Assembly (NCBI GenBank): GCA_964534535.1
Contig: CAZHPP010000001.1
Span: 1 to 36,832 of the forward strand
DNA from: an uncultured Victivallales bacterium
GTDB lineage: Bacteria > Verrucomicrobiota > Lentisphaeria > Victivallales > UBA1829
DNA: 36,832 bases
Reading direction: 5' to 3'
This document shows, piece by piece, positions 31,761 to 36,832 of the stretch. The position numbers and the translations under genes were made by a program. Positions within the stretch are counted from its first letter, which is position 1; every line of letters starts with the position of its first letter. The notes under the pieces were generated by a model. That model was not told where the DNA came from and ran no database searches. It worked only from the letters and a program-made list of their open reading frames with translations.

Positions 31761-34700
31761 TCAGCTCCGCGGCGGAGTCAGCAGGAAGTTCCGCATCTTC
31801 TCAACCGTGACCGGCTTGGTGAGAATGGAGTCGAACATGGACATGTTGAAGCTGTCGCCGCTTTCGGCATCGGCCGTGACGGCGGCGATCCGGAGCTTTG
31901 CGAACCGGGGATCGTGCCGCAGAAGATTTGCGAGTTCGGCGCCGTTCTTTCCCGGCATCCAGAGGTCGGTCAGCAGAAAATCGACCGGATGCTTTTCCAG
32001 AATTTCCTCGGCCTCCTTCGCATTGGCGGCCGTGAGCGGAGAAATGCCAAGGCTTTTCAGCATGGCGGACATGACCTTGAGGTTCATGGGAACGTCGTCC
32101 ACCAGCAGGACCGAGCACGGCGGAACCTTTCCGCTTTTCGGCTGCTGCCCGGGATCCGCGGAGGAAGAAGATGATTCGGCAGGGGAACAGCAGGGAGTCC
32201 CCGGCAGGGTCACGATGAAGTCAGAACCTTTTCCCGGAACACTTTCAAGTTCGATTTTCCCATTCATCTTTTCGATCATGCGCCGGCAGATGGCGAGCCC
32301 CAGACCGGTGCCGTTCTTTGCGGCCTGCGTGCCGCGGATCGCCTCTGCCTGGACGAACATCTGGAAAATCTTTTTCTGGTCGTCCGGAGAAATGCCGATT
32401 CCCGTGTCCTTCACATGGAAGGAGAACGTTCCGGATTTTCCGTCTTCCGGAACGAAGGATGCGCTGACCGTGATGGAGCCGCGGTCGGTGAACTTGACGG
32501 CGTTGCCGACGAGATTGAAGAGAAGCTGGCGGAGGCGGAGACGGTCGGCAAGGATGTGCGGCATGGTTTCCGGGATTTCCTGGCGGAATTCGAGCTTTTT
32601 CTCGCGGCATTTGGCGCGGAAGATTGCACCGACCTCGGAAACGAGGGCGCGGAAATCGACTTCGGCGGGCGTAAAGACCATCTGCCCGGCTTCGAGCTTG
32701 GAAAGGTCAAGCACGTCGTTGATCAGGGCGAGCAGGGTGTTCCCCGCGCTGGAGATGCAGGAGACGTAATCCTTCTGCTCGTCGGGCGGAAGCGTGCCGT
32801 CGCGCAGGAGTTCGGCGAATCCGATGACGGCGTTGAGCGGGGTCCGGATTTCATGGCTCATGGAGGCGAGGAATGCGCTCTTGGCCTTTTCAGCCGCGCG
32901 GGCCTGTTCCAGTGCGGTCACCATGCGCTGCTGGTTGTCAAGGCTGATGAGCATGAGCTCAATGCAACGGGCGGCGGAATCGAGGAAGTTGAGATTTTCC
33001 TCCGTCAGGACATGCGGCTCGTGCTGATAGATGACTCCGAGGTAGCCCCAGAATTTTCCTTTCAGAAGCAGACGCCGGGCGTAGACGGAACGGGCCTCGA
33101 ATTCGCGGATGTACGGCTTCCAGCCGGAAAGGCCTTCCGCCTCGCAGTCCTTCGCGAGATCGGGAATGGAGATCAGCGGGTGTTCCGCAAAGCGCTGTTC
33201 CCAGTCGGGGGTCGCGGAATAGGGATGGCGGTCGAAGCGGCCGAGGACCGAAGTCATTCCCGACGGATCGTATTCCGAAAAGCAGGAAATTGTCTTTGCC
33301 GCCGTGTCGAAGGAGAAAATATAGCAGCGGCTGGCGCCGAGACGGTCGCAGATGCCTTTCAGCGAAAGGCCCATGGCTTTGCGCATGTCCGTTTCCCGGA
33401 GGATGTTCCCGAGGCTGTCGTTGAGGACACGCAGGTTCGCGATCAGGTGGTTGAGCTGGGTGACTTCGAGAGCGCACTTGACGACATTGACAATCTTCCC
33501 GGAGGCGTCGAAGGCGGGACGCGCCTCGATGATGTAGTCGTGTCCGTTGACGGAGTCGGTGTACGGTTCCCGGTGGGGCGTGCCGTCCCGGAGTGCGAGC
33601 TGGATAGGACACTGGTTGCGGAAATAGGCGCAGCCGCCGTGGGTGAGACGGCAGGCGAAGGGCTGCTGTCCGAGCCGGTTGTTTCCGGCCAGACCGGCAA
33701 CGGCCTTGTTTGTCTGGAGGATGACGCCGGAAGAGTCGTAAAGCCAGATCGGCACGTTGACCGTGTCCAGGATCAGGGTATTCCGGAGTTCGGCCTGCTG
33801 GATGGCGCGGTTCTGGCGGTCGCGGATCACGGCGAGCGAAATCACGCTGGCCATGGCGCGGAGGATGCGTTCATCGGCGGGAGTGAGGTTCCGGGGCGTC
33901 ATGAAGGAGGTGATCAGGATTCCCGCAAGTTCACCGCCGATGAAGAATGGAACCGCGGCAAGCGATTTCGTGGGGTAGTCCGGATGGGTCTCGTGGAACT
34001 CCCGGAATTCCGGAACGGTCGTCAGGTCGTTGTACAGCACGGAGAGATTCTTCCGGAAGCGGGCGAAATGCGTTCCCCAGAGTTTTTCGTGGACGGGGAG
34101 TCCGGTTGCGGCAAGCGGGACATTGTGTTCCGAGAAGGCTTCCCGGAAGAACCGGAACGAGCTGTCCGGCGCGGCGTATGCCATGATTGCGCGGTCGTAA
34201 TGGAGGGTCCGCATCAGGGTGGCGAAGATGCGGTCGACGGCCCTGGCGAGATCCGGTTCCGGAACCACGGAGGAAAGGACTTCCGACGTGATTTTTTCAT
34301 GGCGGAGCAGTTCATGGAGTTCGGTGACGTCGTGGCATGCGCCGAGCAGAAGGTGGTGTCCGCTCTGACTGACGAACGGAATCTTCGTTACCTGGATGTT
34401 GTGCGTGGTGCCGTGCCCGTCCACATAATTTTCCTCGAAGGAGGAACCGCCCGGAACCTTCATGATCTCGCGGTCTTTTTCAAGATAGTCCGATATCCTG
34501 TTCAGGGGATGAACCAGTTCGGGGTCGGTCCTGCCGATGATCGACTGGACGGGAAGGCCGAGGAAATCCGCAAACGCGTGGTTGCAGATCGCATAGCGGA
34601 ACTCGTTGTCGGCGTCCTTTGCGAAGAACATGGAGGGGATCGCGTTGATGACGGTTTCCCAGAGTTCCTGGGATTCCTTGAGCTTCGCGGCGGTGTCGAC

Positions 34701-36413
34701 GATCTCGGTCACGTTCTGGAGCGCGCCGGAATAGTTTCCTTCCGGACTGCGGACGAGGAGCATCCGGTAATACCTTCTTCCGCCGAAATATTCGGAATGG
34801 AAATCGAAGGTTTCGAAGGGAGACAAGCCGTCCCGGAGGTTCTTGATCTTCTGCAGGCAGATCGGCCAGTCGGAAGCGGAGACCCAGTCCTTCATGGAAA
34901 GCACGGTGCCGTTCCGGCATGGCAGCAGTTTCTCCATGCCCTGCGTTCCCTCGACGTGCCGCGTTTCAGGGTCGAACCGGAAGAAGGCGCTCTGGGTAAG
35001 CTGCGCTCCGGACTCCATCATGGCGACGGAGTCCCGGAGACGTTCGAGCGATGCGGTGATCCGGCTGCGGTCGAGCATGCGCCCCGCCATCAGCCCGGAA
35101 AGACGGGCGCAGGAGGAGAAGAAATCCTTTTCGCATTCCGTCAGCACATGAATCCGCCCGTTGTATGTGACCTCGAGGGATCCCCAGAGTTTTCCGTTCA
35201 CGATGACAGGCAGGACATAAAGGCTGGAGATGCCGAGGGCGATGTTTTCCTCCCGCCAGAGGCCGAATTTCCGGATCGTCCCGGCATCGGAAACATCCGG
35301 GGCGGAAATCATTTCGCCTTTCAGAAAGAGGCGGTACCAGAGTTCGTCTTCCGAGAACGGATGTCCGCGGTAGGAACGGCCTTCCGGACTTCTGTCCGGA
35401 TGCATGGAGTTCATTTCCATCATGTGGCGGACGTGGTCGAACCGGAGCAGACAGCAGCGGAAGGCGTTCAGCCGCCGGCAGATCGCCCGGACCACGGGAA
35501 GCCCCGGATCGCCGTTTTCGTTTGCGAGGATGTCGGCGAAGCATTCGTTCAGGACCTTCTGGTTTTCCATGAGCTCCGTCTGTTCCGTGATGTCCGTGCC
35601 GAGCCCGAACAGGAGATGCCGGCCGTCGGGGAGATCCAGCCGCTTCCGGAAGAACCGGCCGATGCGCGTGGTGCCGTTCCCGAGAATGTACGGAAGGATC
35701 TCTTCCTGGAGTCCGCCGTGCTTTGCGACCTCCGTATTCGAGCGCAGATATTCCGCTGCGCGCTCCCGACTGAAGAGTTCGAAATCGTTTTTCCCGATGA
35801 TGTCTTTTTCCTGCAGGCCGTGAATCCGGAGGAAGGCCTTGTTGCAGCTCACATAGCGGAAATCGCGGTCGATGTCCATCGTATAGACGAACGAAGGCAT
35901 GTTGTCCAGAAGCACGGTGTAGTTTGCGCGGAGGTTCTGCAGCTCCGAATTGTCATGGGAAATCCAGAGGACGGCATCCTCGCCGAACAGATGTTTCGGG
36001 ACGGGCATGATCCGGAGGACCCGCTTGACCGACCGGAAATCGTATTCCACCATCTTGAATTTTCCGGTCCGGAACACCTCCTGCATGGCGCCGAAAACCA
36101 CGGGATAATCGAATCCGGAAATATCGGAAAACATGCGCGGCACTTTGATGTTCTGGAGATCGCCGTTCTCCATTTTCAGGAAAAGGAGCCGCCCTTCGCG
36201 GTTGATCACGCCGATTCTTCCGGGAAGAATCCGGTAAAGCTCCGCCGTCCTCCGGTCCGAACGCCGCCGCATGAAAAAGTAAACGGTGAACCCGACCAGC
36301 GACAGGAGCAGCAGAATATGGGCATAGAACAGGTTGTATCCGCGCACATCGCAGAAAATGACTCCTCCGCCGCAGAGAATGCAGAGCAGAACCAGAAGAA
36401 TTTGTATTTTCAT
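31761..36413 (-). CDS. Hybrid sensor histidine kinase with multiple PAS/GAF-like modules and a C-terminal receiver (1,550 aa)
   Basis: Two N-terminal TM helices are separated by about 6 residues. About 1,100 aa of repeated PAS/GAF-like sequence follow. The H-box is SHEIRTPLNAV (His codon 32853-32855), the N-box is LFNLVGNAVKFT, and the G-boxes are VKDTGIGI and GTGLGLAICRRMIE. The receiver contains VLLVDDVPMNLKV...LLTDLWMPGKNG (Asp codon 31965-31967). Confidence 0.9.
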   Translation of the reverse strand: MKIQILLVLLCILCGGGVIFCDVRGYNLFYAHILLLLSLVGFTVYFFMRRRSDRRTAELYRILPGRIGVINREGRLLFLKMENGDLQNIKVPRMFSDISGFDYPVVFGAMQEVFRTGKFKMVEYDFRSVKRVLRIMPVPKHLFGEDAVLWISHDNSELQNLRANYTVLLDNMPSFVYTMDIDRDFRYVSCNKAFLRIHGLQEKDIIGKNDFELFSRERAAEYLRSNTEVAKHGGLQEEILPYILGNGTTRIGRFFRKRLDLPDGRHLLFGLGTDITEQTELMENQKVLNECFADILANENGDPGLPVVRAICRRLNAFRCCLLRFDHVRHMMEMNSMHPDRSPEGRSYRGHPFSEDELWYRLFLKGEMISAPDVSDAGTIRKFGLWREENIALGISSLYVLPVIVNGKLWGSLEVTYNGRIHVLTECEKDFFSSCARLSGLMAGRMLDRSRITASLERLRDSVAMMESGAQLTQSAFFRFDPETRHVEGTQGMEKLLPCRNGTVLSMKDWVSASDWPICLQKIKNLRDGLSPFETFDFHSEYFGGRRYYRMLLVRSPEGNYSGALQNVTEIVDTAAKLKESQELWETVINAIPSMFFAKDADNEFRYAICNHAFADFLGLPVQSIIGRTDPELVHPLNRISDYLEKDREIMKVPGGSSFEENYVDGHGTTHNIQVTKIPFVSQSGHHLLLGACHDVTELHELLRHEKITSEVLSSVVPEPDLARAVDRIFATLMRTLHYDRAIMAYAAPDSSFRFFREAFSEHNVPLAATGLPVHEKLWGTHFARFRKNLSVLYNDLTTVPEFREFHETHPDYPTKSLAAVPFFIGGELAGILITSFMTPRNLTPADERILRAMASVISLAVIRDRQNRAIQQAELRNTLILDTVNVPIWLYDSSGVILQTNKAVAGLAGNNRLGQQPFACRLTHGGCAYFRNQCPIQLALRDGTPHREPYTDSVNGHDYIIEARPAFDASGKIVNVVKCALEVTQLNHLIANLRVLNDSLGNILRETDMRKAMGLSLKGICDRLGASRCYIFSFDTAAKTISCFSEYDPSGMTSVLGRFDRHPYSATPDWEQRFAEHPLISIPDLAKDCEAEGLSGWKPYIREFEARSVYARRLLLKGKFWGYLGVIYQHEPHVLTEENLNFLDSAARCIELMLISLDNQQRMVTALEQARAAEKAKSAFLASMSHEIRTPLNAVIGFAELLRDGTLPPDEQKDYVSCISSAGNTLLALINDVLDLSKLEAGQMVFTPAEVDFRALVSEVGAIFRAKCREKKLEFRQEIPETMPHILADRLRLRQLLFNLVGNAVKFTDRGSITVSASFVPEDGKSGTFSFHVKDTGIGISPDDQKKIFQMFVQAEAIRGTQAAKNGTGLGLAICRRMIEKMNGKIELESVPGKGSDFIVTLPGTPCCSPAESSSSSADPGQQPKSGKVPPCSVLLVDDVPMNLKVMSAMLKSLGISPLTAANAKEAEEILEKHPVDFLLTDLWMPGKNGAELANLLRHDPRFAKLRIAAVTADAESGDSFNMSMFDSILTKPVTVEKMRNFLLTPPRS

Positions 36414-36746
36414 GGATTGCCGTTCTATTCTGTTTTATTGATGGACATTGAACTGATATAAGGTAACATAAATCCGCGGGAATTCAAATTTTTTCCACAA
36501 AAATAATAAAAGATATGATCTTGGCGTCGTGGAGAAGATTTCGATTCTTCGATGATATTTGACAGGAATGAGTTAAGACTCGGATCAATCCGGAGACGGG
36601 ATGGAAGACGCCCTGCATTGCACCTGACTGGTTTCATCATGACCGCAGCGAACGGCAGAAGAGATTGTGTTTTTCAAGTTCTGCGCTCTAAAAAGTCATG
36701 ATATTTTTTTGCAGCGTACTGAAAGTTGACTTTTTTTCAGGGATTC

Positions 36747-36755
36747 GGGGGGGGG
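36747..36755 (+). repeat. Homopolymeric G9 tract in the terminal intergenic region
   Basis: Nine consecutive G at 36747-36755, followed directly by the CAGGGGG arm of a hairpin. Confidence 0.9.
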
Positions 36756-36784
36756 CAGGGGGAAAAACGGAGGTTTGCCCCCTG
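36756..36784. other. Hairpin CAGGGGG-15 nt-CCCCCTG
   Basis: 7-bp perfect GC-rich stem in a non-coding region. Function unknown. Confidence 0.4.
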
Positions 36785-36809
36785 GTCGACAGGCGTCGAC
36801 AAAAAACAA

Positions 36810-36832
36810 GCGCAAAAATTGAATTTTTGCGC
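36810..36832. other. Palindrome GCGCAAAAAT-tga-ATTTTTGCGC at the window edge
   Basis: 10-bp perfect arms with a 3-nt centre. It is preceded by the tandem GTCGAC-aggc-GTCGAC (36785-36800). It is truncated by the window end, so its context is unknown. Confidence 0.4.

Noticed and set aside
32415-36461. 1,348-aa uninterrupted ORF on the plus strand
   Set aside because: It lies entirely antisense to the histidine kinase gene, which has unambiguous H, N, G and receiver motifs. The translation is Gly/Arg/Glu/Val/Asp-rich, low-complexity-like sequence with no motifs and no RBS. It is a typical mirror ORF of GC-rich genes with strong codon bias.
36425-36640. 71-aa minus-strand ORF in the terminal intergenic region
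   Set aside because: It has no RBS and no recognisable motif, and it sits in an AT-rich leader-like region immediately upstream of the kinase gene. There is insufficient support for a gene.
1-36832. Search for CRISPR arrays, tRNA/rRNA genes, IS elements, integrases and terminal inverted repeats
   Set aside because: I saw no regularly spaced direct repeats, no cloverleaf-compatible segments in intergenic regions, no transposase or integrase-like ORFs, and no flanking inverted or direct repeats around the duplicated cassettes. The duplication looks like an old tandem paralogy rather than a mobile element.

Overview
GC-rich (about 55-60% by eye) chromosomal segment. It is most likely from a PVC-superphylum bacterium (Lentisphaerota/Kiritimatiellota-like), inferred from two pseudopilin-like proteins with [25 protein letters not shown]-termini and H-X9/10-DG tails. 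I call about 31 protein-coding genes. I found no rRNA, tRNA, CRISPR array, transposase or integrase. Gene order: (i) 304-2711(+), a tight operon of an HdeD-like membrane protein, a PtsN-like EIIA and two polytopic membrane proteins. (ii) 2847-3254(+), an XRE-type HTH gene convergent with a translationally coupled three-gene operon of proteins with no recognisable family (3244-5786, minus). (iii) 5998-7164(+), a lower-GC AAA ATPase of the DUF4143/COG1373 type. (iv) 7251-11312(+), GT4 glycosyltransferase, MurC-like ligase, GT4 and a small secreted protein. (v) The centre of the window, 11385-27573(-), holds two tandem paralogous five-gene operons. Each runs AraR-type regulator, pseudopilin-like H-X9-DG protein, ~1,130-aa secreted CBM9-like protein, secreted LamG protein, then a signal-less DUF5696-like protein. 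Each operon is driven by a perfect TTGACA-17-TATAAT promoter with its own operator-like repeat. (vi) 27732-31027(-), clpS-clpA plus a coupled secreted protein. (vii) 31177-31752(+), an XRE-cupin regulator convergent with a 1,550-aa multi-PAS/GAF hybrid histidine kinase (31761-36413, minus). The duplicated regulator/pseudopilin/lectin-like cassette is my best candidate for an undescribed system. The orphan three-gene operon next to the ATPase is the second. All family assignments come from motif recognition by eye and need profile searches.
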